DNA of 63,683 nucleotides, filler included, from Conidiobolus incongruus B7586 (GCA_000697335.1; 49 parts of 49 records of this genome joined end to end with filler, not necessarily neighbours in it); one strand, 5' to 3'; shown: positions 27,474-41,644, counted from the whole stretch's first letter. A program made the numbers and translations. Notes: generated from the sequence alone by a model not told the origin.

Positions 27474-28434
27474 TAGTTAGTATTAATATTATTATATATA
27501 TTTTATATCAATATAAATATTATTTATATTTTAAAAAAACACCCCTAATTAAAAAAACCTTATTATAAAGTTAGATAGGAGTTTAAATATCATTATTAAT
27601 ATTAAATTAAATTTAATTAAAATAAAGTTATCTAATTTAATTAAATAGATATATTTTAGTAAAATTATTAAAAAAGCTAAATATTTTAAAAAGTTATAAA
27701 TTACTTTATAACTATTATATTAATTTTACTTAAAAATATAATAGCAGCTTAATTATTATTTAAGGATAAATATTATTTTGAAATATAAAATATTTTTATA
27801 AAATTAATAGGGGAATTAAAATTGAAATATATAAAAGTATTTTAAATAATAAATTAAAAAAACTATTGAATAATATAAGTTAAAAAAATCTAATATTATT
27901 CTCTAATAAGATAATATCTTTTATTATATAATAACTTCTATTATCAAATAGCTTAAAAATAACAAAATAATAGTTATAAATTAGCTTTTTCAATCTCTTA
28001 ATCTTAACCTAATTAAATCTTATTAAGAATAGTTAAAAAAGTTATAAAAGCTTTATTTTAAAAAAAGATTTAAATTAGTTTTAAGAATATATTTAAGAGG
28101 TATAAAATAAAATTAGCCTTTCTTAATATAAAAAGTTAATTAATTTTATACCCCATAAACTTAAAAAAGTTAAAAAAGTTAAAGATAGATACACTAGGTT
28201 ATAATTTTTATTTATCACTAAAAACCCACAAATTTATAACTTACTTTAGGTAAAATTTAAGGGTTGATATTTTAACTAATTAATAATTCAATATCATCAT
28301 TTAATGATTAATTTTATTAATAAATAAATATAATTTTAATTATTTAGTTTATGTTTATTTTATCAAATATTAATTAAGTTATTAGTAAAAATATAAGTGT
28401 TTTTGATTTTATAACTTGCTTTTATAGGTTAATA
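27474..28434 (+). mobile_element. Tc1-like relic with 3' terminus
   Basis: Family homology. Ends CTTTTATAGGTTAATA|TA. Confidence 0.9.
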
Positions 28435-28844
28435 TATTATATATATTTATTTTGAACTTAAAATTATATATTTTTAATATTTTAAGAGTATTATTAGTAT
28501 TGGAAAATTTTATTATTTTTAGGATAATAATATTTCATTAATATTACAAACTCAATTTTTAATTAAATAGTGAATATTAAAAATAATATTTAAATATAGA
28601 AATATTTTAGAATATTATCTAATTTTATATAGAAATAATGTTTTAACAAATAAATTTAGAAAGTATTATTTAAAGATATTATTAAAAGATAATTTTTTAA
28701 AACTTAAACGATATAAATTAATAATATAAAATTTAAATTATTAANNNNNNNNNNNNNNNNNNNNNNNNNNNNNNNNNNNNNNNNNNNNTTAATTAATTAA
28801 NNNNNNNNNNNNNNNNNNNNNNNNNNNNNNNNNNNNNNNNNNNN

Positions 28845-29934
28845 TTTAATGAAATAAACTTAAATTAAATAATTAAAATCTATTATATTTATTAATAATA
28901 TATATCATTAAATGATGATATTTAGTTATTAATTGGTTAAAAAATAAATCCTTAAATTTTACCTAAAATAAATTATAAATTTATAGGTTTTTAATGATAA
29001 TAAAATTAAAACCTAATATATCTATCTTTAGCTTTTTTAACTTCTTTGAGTTTATAAGGTATAGAATCAATTAACTTTTTATATTAAAAAAAGTTAATCT
29101 TATTTTATACTTCTTAAATATATTTTTAAAGCTAATCTAAATCTTTTGTTAAAGGGAAAGCTTTAATTGCTTTTTTTAATTAATTCTAAAGGTGTTTAAT
29201 TAGGTTAAAGTTAAAAGATTAAACAAACTAATTTATAACTATTATTTTATTATTTTTAAGCTATTTGGTAGTAAAAGTTATAATATAATAAGAAATATTA
29301 TCTTACTAGAAAATATCATTAGATTTATTTAACTTATATTTTTTAATAGTTTTTTTCAATTCATTATTTAAAATTTTTTAATATATTTTAATATTAATTC
29401 CCCAATTAATTTTACAAAGATATCTTATACCTAAAGATAATATATATCTTTAAATAATAACTAACCTATTTTTATACTTTTGGGTAAAATTAACATAATA
29501 GTTATAAAATAGTTTTGTATCTTTTTTGAAGCATCTAACTTTTTTATTAAATTTATTAAAATATATATTTATTTCTTTAAATTAAATAACCTTATTTTAA
29601 TTAGTTTTAATTTAATATTAATAATGATATTTAAACTCCTACTTAACTTTATAGTGGGATTTTTTTAATTAAAGGTGTTTTTTCTTAAAAAGTAAATAGT
29701 ATCTATGTTAATATAAAACATATATAATAATATTAATATTAACTAATATTTTTATATAATTTTATAATTCCAGTTATATTTCTATAATAATACTATACTT
29801 GCTTATATTAACTAACCTATAGATATATTTCTTATTATATTTATCTATAATTTTAATATTCTTAAATTTAAGTTTAAATATATTTTTATTATTATTCTTA
29901 ATAACTTAAACTATAGTAAACTAACTCACACTAA
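28845..29934 (-). mobile_element. Tc1-like relic
   Basis: Reverse-complement family homology. Confidence 0.9.
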
Positions 29935-30034
29935 NNNNNNNNNNNNNNNNNNNNNNNNNNNNNNNNNNNNNNNNNNNNTTAATTAATTAANNNNNNNNNN
30001 NNNNNNNNNNNNNNNNNNNNNNNNNNNNNNNNNN

Positions 30035-30455
30035 ATATATTTAACAAGACTAATCGTAGTTTTAATATTTGAATTCATTTTTGAAAATTATTTGAATATT
30101 TTATTATATTTTAATATTAATTTCCTTATAAATTATATCAAAATACTATATATAGAAAGATAATATATATTCTTATATTATATTTAATTTATCATTATTT
30201 TTATAAATCATGATTATATAATGATAAAAAATTTCTATATTTTTTAAAATACATTATGTTTTTTTTATTAAATTTAATAAAGCTTATTTTTATCTTAATA
30301 ATTATATAAGCTTATTTTAATTAATTTTAGTCTAATTTATAATAATTTTTTGAATAAGGAATATTATTTTAAAATATTTCTGATATATATATATAATATA
30401 TTTTTATAATAACAAATATTTGATATTTTTATAATAATATCATATTTGCTTATTA
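30035..30455 (-). mobile_element. Diverged Tc1-like fragment
   Basis: Weak reverse-complement homology, e.g. ATAATAATATCATATTTGCTTATT. Confidence 0.6.
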
Positions 30456-30460
30456 TAAAG

Positions 30461-30648
30461 TGAGATATAAGGGGTTAAACCATTGACAAGTCTTTTAAAA
30501 ACATATATGATTATATTAGGTGGCAAATTAAACTTAAGAGCATTAGTCCTCTAGACTTGCTCAAAAATCAAGGATAAATACTTTCAATAATATATATATC
30601 TTTTGTATTTAGCAAGCATATATATAAATTATTATAATATATATCTCA
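30461..30648. mobile_element. 188-bp TG...CA element with 9-bp terminal inverted repeats (LTR or MITE-like)
   Basis: TGAGATATA (30461) and TATATCTCA (30640-30648). Begins where Tc1 homology stops. No TSD. Confidence 0.4.
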
Positions 30649-31319
30649 GAGTCTTATTTTTTTCCAGAATATATTGTATCAATATAAATCTATAATATTA
30701 TAAGATAGTTAAAAATTTAAATCACAAGGGTTCTTAAGATCTTAAATTATTACTTTATATAACCAATTAAGGTCATCCTTTTTAATTAACTATAGGAGTA
30801 TCTTTACTCCATTAACTTTTAATTTTATTGGTTATACCAATTATATAATTATATAAAATCATTGTTATGATGCTAAATATAACCAAACTTATTATAAATA
30901 ACATGATAATATATAAACTAATTAATATTACAATTATAAATATAATTGTGTTTATATTAAGTAACTTCATTAGGAATTAAATAAAGTAATTTTATTAAAT
31001 TAAAGGATAATAACAGCAAAATTAATATTATCTTAATCAAAGATTATTGATTAAGTTTAATATCTTTATATATATTAAGATTATAATAATAAAGCCATTG
31101 TTGATATTTATTATTTTGTATATTTAATTGGTTATTTAAACTAATTTTTTAAAATANNNNNNNNNNNNNNNNNNNNNNNNNNNNNNNNNNNNNNNNNNNN
31201 TTAATTAATTAANNNNNNNNNNNNNNNNNNNNNNNNNNNNNNNNNNNNNNNNNNNNAATGAAAAATATTATTATCAATTATAAATATTTTCTAAGTATAT
31301 AATTATCAATATATTATAT

Positions 31320-32450
31320 ATATTATCTTGCAAAAATAAGATATAAAATTAAAATTATAAATATTTCTATTAATATCTTAATTAATTTTAATTTAAATAA
31401 ACCTATATTCTATTAGGTAATTAATATATATTTTTTATTTATAATATAATATATAAAGTAAAATTTAATTAATTATTTATTGATATATTAAAACTAAAAA
31501 TATCACTAAGATAAGTTATAAATTTACAAGTTTTTGTATTGATAGAAAAATTAATATCTACTATATTTATCTTTTGCTTTTCTAACTTCTTTAAGTTTAT
31601 TAGATATAGAGTTAACTAGCTCTTTATATTAAACAAGACTAAAATTATTCTAATCTTCTTCAATATACTCTTAAAGTTGATTTAAACTTTTTACAAAGGA
31701 GAAAACTTTAATAAATTTTTTAGTTGATCTTAAAGATATTTAATTGGGTTAAAATTAAAAGATTGAAAAATTTATTTTATAATAATATTTTGTGTTATTA
31801 AGCTATTGAATAATAAAATCTATAGTATAGCAAGAGTTATTATCTTGTTAGAAAATAATATTTGATTTATTTAAGCTTAATTACTTAATAGTTTTTTTCA
31901 ATTTATTATTTAGAATATTTTAATATATCTTTATAATAATTCCTGTATTAACCATATAAAAATATCTTACACCTAGAGATAATTTATATCCTTAAACTAT
32001 AATTAACCTATTATTATAGTTTTAGGTTATAGTAATATAATAGTAATAAAGTAGTTTTTTATCTTTTTTGAATTATCTAGTTTTTTATTAAATTTATTAA
32101 GATATATCTTTGATTTATTAAATTAAATAACCTTACTCTAGTTAATTTTAATTTAACTTTAATATTGATATTTAAACTCCCATCTAACTTTATAATATGA
32201 TTTTTTAAATCTAGGGTACTTTTTCTTAAGATTTAAGTAATATTTATTTTAATATAAAATATATATAATAGTATTAGTTTTAATTAATATACTTATATAA
32301 TCTTGTAATTATCATTGTATTTTTATAATAGTATTATATTTACTTATATTAATTAATCTATAAATATATTTTTCATTATGCTTATCTATATATTTAATAT
32401 GCTTAAGTTTTAGTTTAAGTGTTATTTTAATATTATTTTTAATAACATTA
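31320..32450 (-). mobile_element. Tc1-like relic (third subfamily)
   Basis: Reverse-complement homology; the 3' region is shared with 59040-60077. Confidence 0.88.
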
Positions 32451-32609
32451 NNNNNNNNNNNNNNNNNNNNNNNNNNNNNNNNNNNNNNNNNNNNTTAATT
32501 AATTAANNNNNNNNNNNNNNNNNNNNNNNNNNNNNNNNNNNNNNNNNNNNAATTTCAATTGAATATCATTATATTTAAAAGTTAATATAAATAATAAAAA
32601 TAGTAATAT

Positions 32610-33602
32610 TTATTATAATAATAGGAATTTTTGAAATTCAAAATAAATATATATTATGATATTAAATCTGTGGAAATAGAAACAAAATATAATTTTAATA
32701 ATTACTTTAATTATGAATAATTTAATATCATACTTTTAAAAACCTATAATATTTAAATAAAAATAATTTTTATAAAGGACTAAAATTTTAAATTTGACAT
32801 ATTATTAAAGTGTCTATATAGAAATTTCATTTATCAGTTTATTATTTAATTAACTAATTAAATTATAATTAAATTAGCTAAAATTAAAAAAATATACTAG
32901 ATAGGGTATATTTTTCCAATTATTTTTGATTACAAGATTTTTATCATTTGGAATTTATATATTATATAATTATTATAAAAAATATTAATTTTTTAAAATC
33001 ATATTAAAAATATCAATTAAAGAAAATATTATTTAAATAAACAATATAAAGCTTATTATGAATTGATTTTTTTCCATTACAAAATAAAAATAGAAAAATT
33101 ATTATTATTATTGATTTCGATAACTAGTATTTATTTATTAAATAAATACTTATTTGAAAAAATTTTTAAAAAATGTTAATTTAGCTTAATCTATTATTTT
33201 GATTTGAGTTTAATAAAGAATTAAACTTAAAATTTTAAGATTCATTGATTTAATTATTTTCTGTTAAAAGTTTGGTTTCTAGTAATATTTTACTAAGTTT
33301 TGTTTGATAATAACTATTTTAACTTTATTTTAAAATATAGCTATATTATAAGCAACTTATTTTATATAAATATTTACTAATTCTAATTTATACTTAAATA
33401 TAAAAAAAATACTTAAAATGATTACTATCAAAATGTTTAAAGAATTCTTTATTTAAAAAAAGGTTTTTATCAATAAAATTTTTTATTTTATTATAAATTA
33501 AAATAAAAATAATAAGAGTTAATTATTTAAATTATACCAGATTATAAATATTTTCTCTTATAGCAGTCAAAGAGTTTATATAACAATAAATAGTTTATTT
33601 AA
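32610..33602 (-). mobile_element. Diverged mariner relic
   Basis: ATAATAGGAATTTTT terminus; AAGATTCATTGATT is the DES motif on the minus strand. Confidence 0.75.
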
Positions 33603-33702
33603 NNNNNNNNNNNNNNNNNNNNNNNNNNNNNNNNNNNNNNNNNNNNTTAATTAATTAANNNNNNNNNNNNNNNNNNNNNNNNNNNNNNNNNNNNNNNNNN
33701 NN

Positions 33703-34753
33703 ATATTAATCAACATTATAATGAAAATAAATTAACTTATGAAATTGTTAAAATTAATAATATTAGTTAATCTAATGAAATTAAAGTTATGAAGAATAAT
33801 ATTAAAGAAACACCAAAACTAAAACTTAAATATATTAAGATTATATATAATAATAATAAAAAGTATAAGAATAAATTAATTAATATAAATAAATAAAAAT
33901 ATATTATAGAAGTATAACCAGAATTATAAAATTATATAGGAATATTAATTATTATTGATTTTACTATATATACTTTATATTAAAAAAATATCACTTATAT
34001 CTTAAAAAACATCTTTAATTAAAAAATCTTAAATTAAAATTATTTGGGAGTCTAAATATTAATATTAAAGTTGAATAAAAACTAATTAAAATTATTTAGT
34101 TCAACGAAACAAAGATATGTTTTAATAGATTTAATAAAAAAACTAGAAATTTCAAAAAATATATAAAATAGCCTTATAATTATTATGTTATTATAGTACA
34201 AAAACACAAAAATAGGTTAATTATTATTTAAAGAGATATATTATGTTTAGGTATAAATTATTTTTATAAAATTAATTGGGGAATTAATACTAAGATATAT
34301 TAAAATATTTTATATAATGAATTGAAAAAAATAATTGAATAATATCAATTACATAAATCTAATATTATTTTTAAATAAAATAATATATCTGGTTATAATA
34401 TAACCTTGATTACCAAATAATTGAAAAATAACAAGATAATAGTTATGAAGTGGCTTTTTTAATTTTTTAATCTTTATTTAATTAAATATCTTTAGAATCA
34501 GTTAAAAACAACTATTAAAGTTTTGGCTCTAGCAAAAGATTTAAATTAACTTTAAGAATATATTTAAGAAACATACAATAAAATTAACCTTTTTTGATAA
34601 AAAATTAATTCATTTTATACTATATAAACTAAAAGAAATTAAAAAAGCTAAAGATAAATATATTAGGTTTTAATTTTTTTCATTATTAAAAACTTATATA
34701 TTTATAATTTATCTTAGATAAAATTGAAAAATTAATATTTTAATCAAATAATA
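33703..34753 (+). mobile_element. Tc1-like relic
   Basis: ATTTAGTTCAACGAAACAAAG reads I*FNETK (IWSDETK). Confidence 0.9.
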
Positions 34754-34853
34754 NNNNNNNNNNNNNNNNNNNNNNNNNNNNNNNNNNNNNNNNNNNNTTA
34801 ATTAATTAANNNNNNNNNNNNNNNNNNNNNNNNNNNNNNNNNNNNNNNNNNNN

Positions 34854-36018
34854 TAATTATATATATCATTAAATAATAATATTTAGCTATTAATTGGTTA
34901 AAATATAAACTTTTAAATTTTATCTAATGTGAGTTATAAATTTATAGGTTTTTGGTGATAAAAAAAATTAAAACCTAGTATATCTATTTTTAACTTTTCT
35001 AACTTTTTTAAGTTTGTAGGGTATAAAATCAATTAACTTTTTATATTAAAAAGGGTTAATCTTGTTCTATACTTCTTAAACATATTCCTAAAATTAATTT
35101 AAATTTTTTACTAGGGGAAAAGCTTTAATAGCTTTTTTTAACTACTCCTAAAGATATTTAATTAAATTAAAGTTAAAAAATTAAAGAGGTTACTTTATAA
35201 CTATTATCATGTTATTTTTAAGTTATTTAGTAATAGTAATTATAATATAATAAAAGGTATTATTTTATTAGAAAATAATATCAAATTTGTTTAACTTATA
35301 CTATTTAATAATTTTTTTGAATTTATTATTTAGAATATTTTAGTATATTTTAGTATTAATTCCCCTATTAATTTATAGAGATACTTTATACTTAAAGACA
35401 ATATATATCCCCATATAAAAATTAACCTATTATTGTATTTTTGGGTAAAATTAACATAATGGTCAAAAAGTAATTCTATATATTTTTTGAAATATCTAGC
35501 TTTTTTATTAAATCTATTAAAATATATTTTTATTTCATTAAACTAAATAACTTTATTTTAATTAATTTTAGTTTAATATTAATAATGACATTTAAACTTA
35601 TGTTTAATTTTATAGTAGGATTTCTTTAGTTAGGGGTGTTTTTTCTTAAAATATAAGTGATATCTATGCTAATATAAAATATATATAATAATATTGGTGT
35701 TAACTCATATTCTTATATAGTTTTATAATTCCTGTTATATTTCTACAATAATACTATACTTGTTTATATTAACTAACTTATAAATATACTTCTTATTATA
35801 TTTATTTATGATTTTAACATATTTAAGTATAAGTTTAAATATTTTTTTATTGCTATTCTTAATAACTTTAACTATAGTAAATTAATTAACACTAATAATT
35901 CTAACAATATTATAAATTAATTTACCCTCTTTATAAAGTTAATTAATATACAAATGGATTTTTTTAAAGAGGGATTTAGGTATAATAATATTAATAAAAA
36001 AAATTTAATATATTAGTA
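34854..36018 (-). mobile_element. Tc1-like relic
   Basis: Reverse-complement family homology. Confidence 0.9.
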
Positions 36019-36669
36019 NNNNNNNNNNNNNNNNNNNNNNNNNNNNNNNNNNNNNNNNNNNNTTAATTAATTAANNNNNNNNNNNNNNNNNNNNNNNNNN
36101 NNNNNNNNNNNNNNNNNNATTAATATAATCAATTTATTTTTTTATTATATAATAAATATATAAAAAAATTATTTTGAAAAAAAATATTAATAAATATTAG
36201 AATAAAAGTTACCTTAATATAACTTTTATATTATTAATTAATATTTTATTAATATCTAAATTATATAACCTAAATTAATATTTATATTAGCTTAAATATA
36301 TTTAATAATATTGAAAAAAATATAAACTTAGTATTTATAACTATAATTAACAAGATATATTAATTAATTCAATCATAAGTAATTAATATAATTTTAGCAA
36401 GCATGTAAATATCTTAAAATTATAAGTTCATTCTGATAATTTGATTTCATAAAGTATAAACTATGAGCAATTAATATAATATTTAGAATTAAAGCTAGAA
36501 TAAAAAATCTGAATAAATTAAAACTAAAATTAAGCTTATATATATTAAAAATTACTAATAAATTGTTAGTTAACATTAAATATTTTAAATTGATTGTGAA
36601 TGTAATAAAGAAATTGAATAAAATAAGTTATAAAATATATTAAAACAAATTGTAAAAATATTGGTGATT

Positions 36670-36674
36670 AAAAA
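36670..36674 (-). terminator. RNA polymerase III oligo-T terminator
   Basis: T5 on the minus strand 2 nt past the tRNA discriminator base. Confidence 0.7.
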
Positions 36675-36676
36675 TA

Positions 36677-36750
36677 TGCTCCCAACAGGGATCGAACCTG
36701 TGACCTTGGCGTTATTAGCACCACGCTCTAACCAACTGAGCTATGGGAGC
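36677..36750 (-). tRNA. tRNA-Ile, anticodon AAT
   Basis: Minus strand GCTCCCATAGCTCAGTTGGTTAGAGCGTGGTGCTAATAACGCCAAGGTCACAGGTTCGATCCCTGTTGGGAGCA folds into a full cloverleaf with A and B boxes. No intron and no encoded CCA. Confidence 0.97.
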
Positions 36751-36793
36751 ATTAATACTTAATTCAGTTATTAGCTCTTGAAGCGTCATCGAG

Positions 36794-36822
36794 GACACCG
36801 ACACCGACACCGACACCGACAC
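36794..36822 (+). repeat. (GACACC)n hexanucleotide repeat, ~4.8 copies
   Basis: Read directly. Confidence 0.9.
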
Positions 36823-37814
36823 AGCCACTGTATAGGCCAGATTGTGAAGCATGGTACCTATTAGCTTAGATAGACCATAATGATAACTTCCCTAACTATC
36901 CGGCCATGATCACTTGTTAATTGAGCGTTGAAAACAATGATCAGATCAGCAGCAACAGTGGCGGTGTGAATATCTAACATGCTATGATGACTGAATCACA
37001 AAATTTCAATTTGAACAAGTATAGAGTGAATAATGGATGATGGCTCAAGTGGAGCTATATGAAGATACTTAGGTATACTAAAAGGGTGGTTTTTGGAAGT
37101 AGGAAAAAGGTTCATTTGAGTAAAGAAGAAAGGAGAGCAAAGGAGAGAGAGAGAGCAAGAGAAGGGGGAATAGTCCTTCTTATAATAAGTGAAATATATT
37201 GGCATGTATGTAAAGACTAAGTAACAGTGAGGTCACTCAGTCGTGAGCTAATTAAATATTGATATGGCCTAATTTGGTTAATCAGGGACTTGGTAGTGAA
37301 TTTAAGTTAGAAAAGGCAATAATCAGGTAACAATTGTCATAATATTCAAAGATATATTTGTGTTTTGATTAATAAAATATTTTGAAATATATATTATTAT
37401 TCCAATATGCTTATCAATATATAAACTATTTTTTAACAACTTGGACTTCTTTTAAGATCTCGAATAATATATATTATCATTTTTCTTAATTTTATAAAAT
37501 TAATTTTTATTTATATTGATTTTATATTTTTTATTAATATAATTTCTTTTGTTATTATATTTTTAATAATTTTAATTTTAATTTTTGAAAATAATATTTT
37601 ATTTTTATTATAATAATTTGTTTGATTTTTTTAATTAATTATGTTTTAAATTATTAATATAATATAGTATTTTATTATATAAATTCCTAATTAATTTTTC
37701 TTTATAATATTAAANNNNNNNNNNNNNNNNNNNNNNNNNNNNNNNNNNNNNNNNNNNNTTAATTAATTAANNNNNNNNNNNNNNNNNNNNNNNNNNNNNN
37801 NNNNNNNNNNNNNN

Positions 37815-38851
37815 AAAACATATAATAAATTTATATTATTTATTTATAATTAAGTATATTTGATCTAATTATATTAACTTTTAATTGATATATTAAAATT
37901 TCAATTTTATCTAAGATAAGTTATAAATTTATATATTTTGGTTATGAAAAGAAAATTAAAACTTAATATATCTATCTTTTGTTTTCTTAACTTCTTTAAG
38001 TTTATAGGGTATAGAGTCAACTCACTTTTTATATTAAGAAGGATTAATTTTGTTCTAAGCTTCTTAAATATATTTTTAAAGCTTATTTGAATTTTTTATT
38101 GGTGGGAAAGCTTTAACTACTTTTTTAACTAATCTTAAAAGTATTTAATTAAATTAAAGTTAAAAGATTAAAAATATACTTTATAACAATTATTTTATTA
38201 TTTTTAAACTATTTGGTAGTAGAAATAGTAATATAATAAAAGGTATTATCTTGTTAGAAAATAATATCTAATTTATTTAATCTATACTATTCAATAATAT
38301 TTTTTAATTTATTATTTAGAATATTTTAATATATCTTAATATTAATTCCCCTATTAACTCTATAAAGATACTTTATACTAGAAGATAATATATATCCTTA
38401 AAATATAATTAACCTATCATTATATTTTTGGGTTGAAATAACATAATAGTTACAAAGTAATTTTTTGTTTTTTTGAAATATTTAACTTTTTTATTAAATT
38501 TACTAAGGTATATTTTTGTTTTATTAAATTAAATATCTTTACTGTAATTAATTTTACTTTAACTTTAATAGTAACATTTAAATTCTCATCTAACTTTATA
38601 ATAAGACTTTTTTAATTAGGGGTATTTTTTCTTAAGATATAAGTAATATCTATTATAATGTAAAATATATATAATAGTATTAATACTAACTAATATTCTT
38701 ATATAGTCTAATAATTTTTTCTATATTTCTACAATAATATTACATTTACTTATATTAACTAACCTATAAATATACTTTTTATTATATTTATTTATAATCT
38801 TAATATATTTAAATTTAAGTTTAAATATATCTTTATTATAATTTTAAATAA
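37815..38851 (-). mobile_element. Tc1-like relic
   Basis: Reverse-complement homology, closest to 6052-7204. Confidence 0.9.
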
Positions 38852-38951
38852 NNNNNNNNNNNNNNNNNNNNNNNNNNNNNNNNNNNNNNNNNNNNTTAAT
38901 TAATTAANNNNNNNNNNNNNNNNNNNNNNNNNNNNNNNNNNNNNNNNNNNN

Positions 38952-40300
38952 AAATTTATATATTTTATAATTATTATATAAAATAATAAGTTTTCTTAAA
39001 TTATATTAAAAATACTAATTGAAAATACTTTTATTTAAAATTAATATAAAATATACTATTAATTGATTTTCCTTCAAGAATTAAATAAAAGTACCATATA
39101 ATATTTTAATTTACTATAATAATTAACATTTGCTTATTAATAAAATACTTATCTAAAGGGATATATTAAAAGGGTTTATTTAACTTAATCTAGTATCTTA
39201 ATTTATATTTTAATAATGGATTATATATAAAGATTAAAAATTCATCAATTATAATTATTTATTATAAAAATTTAAGTTTTTATAGATATTTTAATAAGTT
39301 TTGTTTAATAATAGCTATTTTAGTTTTATTTAAGCTTTAGTTAAATTATAAGATATTTATTTTATATTTTTATTTATTAGTTTAAGTTTAAACTTTAATA
39401 TATAAAATACTTTTAAAACTAATGTTAAAATATTTAGATAATTTTTTAGTTAAAATAAAATGATACTTTTCAATTTATTTTTTTAATTCATTAATAATTA
39501 AAAAAATAATAGTTGAAATTAATTTTTTAGATTTTAACAGGGTTTATATAAACATAGTGGTAAATACCAATATAGTATAGAGGAAGACTTAATATAAGAA
39601 TAGTGTAACACAGAATATGGTACTATAATATAACTATAGCATGCAAATATAAACAAAATTTAATTAAGCTTTAAACTGGGATGAGTCACTAATATATTAA
39701 GATTTATATTAGGTAATGCCAATATACTATAGTATTAACAGGATATAGTCTCAATATTAGAAATAATGAAAAAGATAAAAAATAATAAAAATTGAGAGAA
39801 AAAAAGGAACCTAGTTTATTAGGTAATTCAATGTTATTTATATAATTAATTTAGCTATAGAAGTATAAACTAATCATATAATTTATAGTTAATTGAATTA
39901 TATGAAATATAAATAAGAATTTAAAGAACTAGTCTCTTAACAGTTTAAATCATTTTATTTTTAACTTTAAAATAATTTACCTAGCAATAAATTATTAGTT
40001 TAAATAAAACTTCACTATCTAACATTACTTGTAAATTATAAATAATTTTAGAGGGCTTATAATTAAGTTTCTTTAATATTAAAATAAAAGACTTTTAATG
40101 ATCATTATTTGGTTTAAACATAATTAAATAAAATAACCAGTTTTAAAAAATTAATTTTTTAATCAAAAAATTATAATATATATATATATATTAAAAATAT
40201 ACTATTTCCTATTAACTTAGTATATATTTATTTATTTCTAACTATTAATATATTTGAAAAATCAAAAATAAAAAATTTCATATTATTTCAAATTCAAGAT
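38952..40300 (-). mobile_element. mariner relic interrupted by a solo LTR
   Basis: mariner homology is collinear on both sides of 39547-39942. Confidence 0.9.
39547..39942 (-). mobile_element. Solo LTR (family C)
   Basis: 396 bp, TA (from TG)...CA, perfect TSD GTTTA (39542-39546, 39943-39947). Confidence 0.92.
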
Positions 40301-41245
40301 AATATCAAATAATATATTTAAAGCTTATAATATAGTTTCAAATAATTTAATCAAGAATTGTTTTAGTTATTAAAAAATATATATATAATTTTGATATATT
40401 ATNNNNNNNNNNNNNNNNNNNNNNNNNNNNNNNNNNNNNNNNNNNNTTAATTAATTAANNNNNNNNNNNNNNNNNNNNNNNNNNNNNNNNNNNNNNNNNN
40501 NNAATTTTAAATAATATAATTTATTTTAATGAATTTTATTAATTAATATATTAAAATATTATTTAAATATAATATATTAATTTATATATTATTTTATTAT
40601 AATAAACTAAATGACTTCTTTTTATCAAATATATTTAAATCAAAATATATTAAAAATTATACCTTTATTTATAACAGTAATTACCACTATATCTTTTAAT
40701 TAAATATTGATACAAAATATCAAAAAATTTCATAAATTTGTTTACCCTATTCACTCTATATAATATAATAAATTTAAGCTATGTTTAAGGAAATAAGCTT
40801 GATTTAGGTCCTCCCAGCTATTTACCTTAAATCAATAAACTCCTTTTTTCCCTAACAATTATATATAGTTCTCTAGATCTGTTTTTATATTTGAATTTAT
40901 TTACTCAATATTTCATTATTTTCTATTAATATATTATATTAATATAAAAAATAAATACTACCTAAGTTTTAAATTAAAATTAATTATAATTTTTATTTTA
41001 TAAAATAAAAATAATGATATAAAAATATATCTATTTATTTTATTAATTATTTACTATACTTTTGTCAAGTTTCTAATATCAAATTAATAGAATTTTTAAT
41101 TAAATTTAAATTTAATATTTTCTAAACTAATTAAATTTCTTTGTAGGAACTATCTTTCTTATATATAAGTTTTTTAATTTAATAAAGCAATTATAATTAA
41201 ATAAAAAGAAACCTAATAAGTATATTAAATGTAATAATATTTTTT

Positions 41246-41644
41246 TGTAAGTGTAATGGTAGTTAAACCAATATAGTACAGAGGAAGACTTGATATAAAA
41301 GTAATATAGTGCAGAACATGGTAATATAACGTGGTTATAGTGTGCAAGTGTAAACAAAGTTTAATTAAGCTTTAAACTGGGGTGAGTCACTGATATATTA
41401 AGGTTTATATTAGGTAGTGCCAATATACTATAATATTGACAGGAAGTAGTCTCAATCTTACAAGTAGTGTAAAAGTAAAAAATAGTAAGAATTGAGAGGA
41501 AAAAGAGGAACCTAGTTTATTAGATAATTCAATACTATTTATACAATTAATTTAACTATATTAGTATAAATTAATCATATCATTTATAGTTAATTGAATT
41601 ATGTTAAAGTATATATAAGAATATAGAGAATTAGTCTCTTAACA
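41246..41644 (-). mobile_element. Solo LTR (family C), least mutated copy
   Basis: 399 bp, TGTAAG...CTTAACA, TSD TTTTT. The minus strand has TATAAATAG followed by AATAAA. Confidence 0.92.

Noticed and set aside
36394..37205. ORFs 36394..36576 and 36996..37205
   Set aside because: Low-complexity AT or CT-tract translations with no recognisable homology.
41127..41357. 76-aa ORF on the minus strand
   Set aside because: Crosses the solo LTR boundary into flank and has no recognisable motif.
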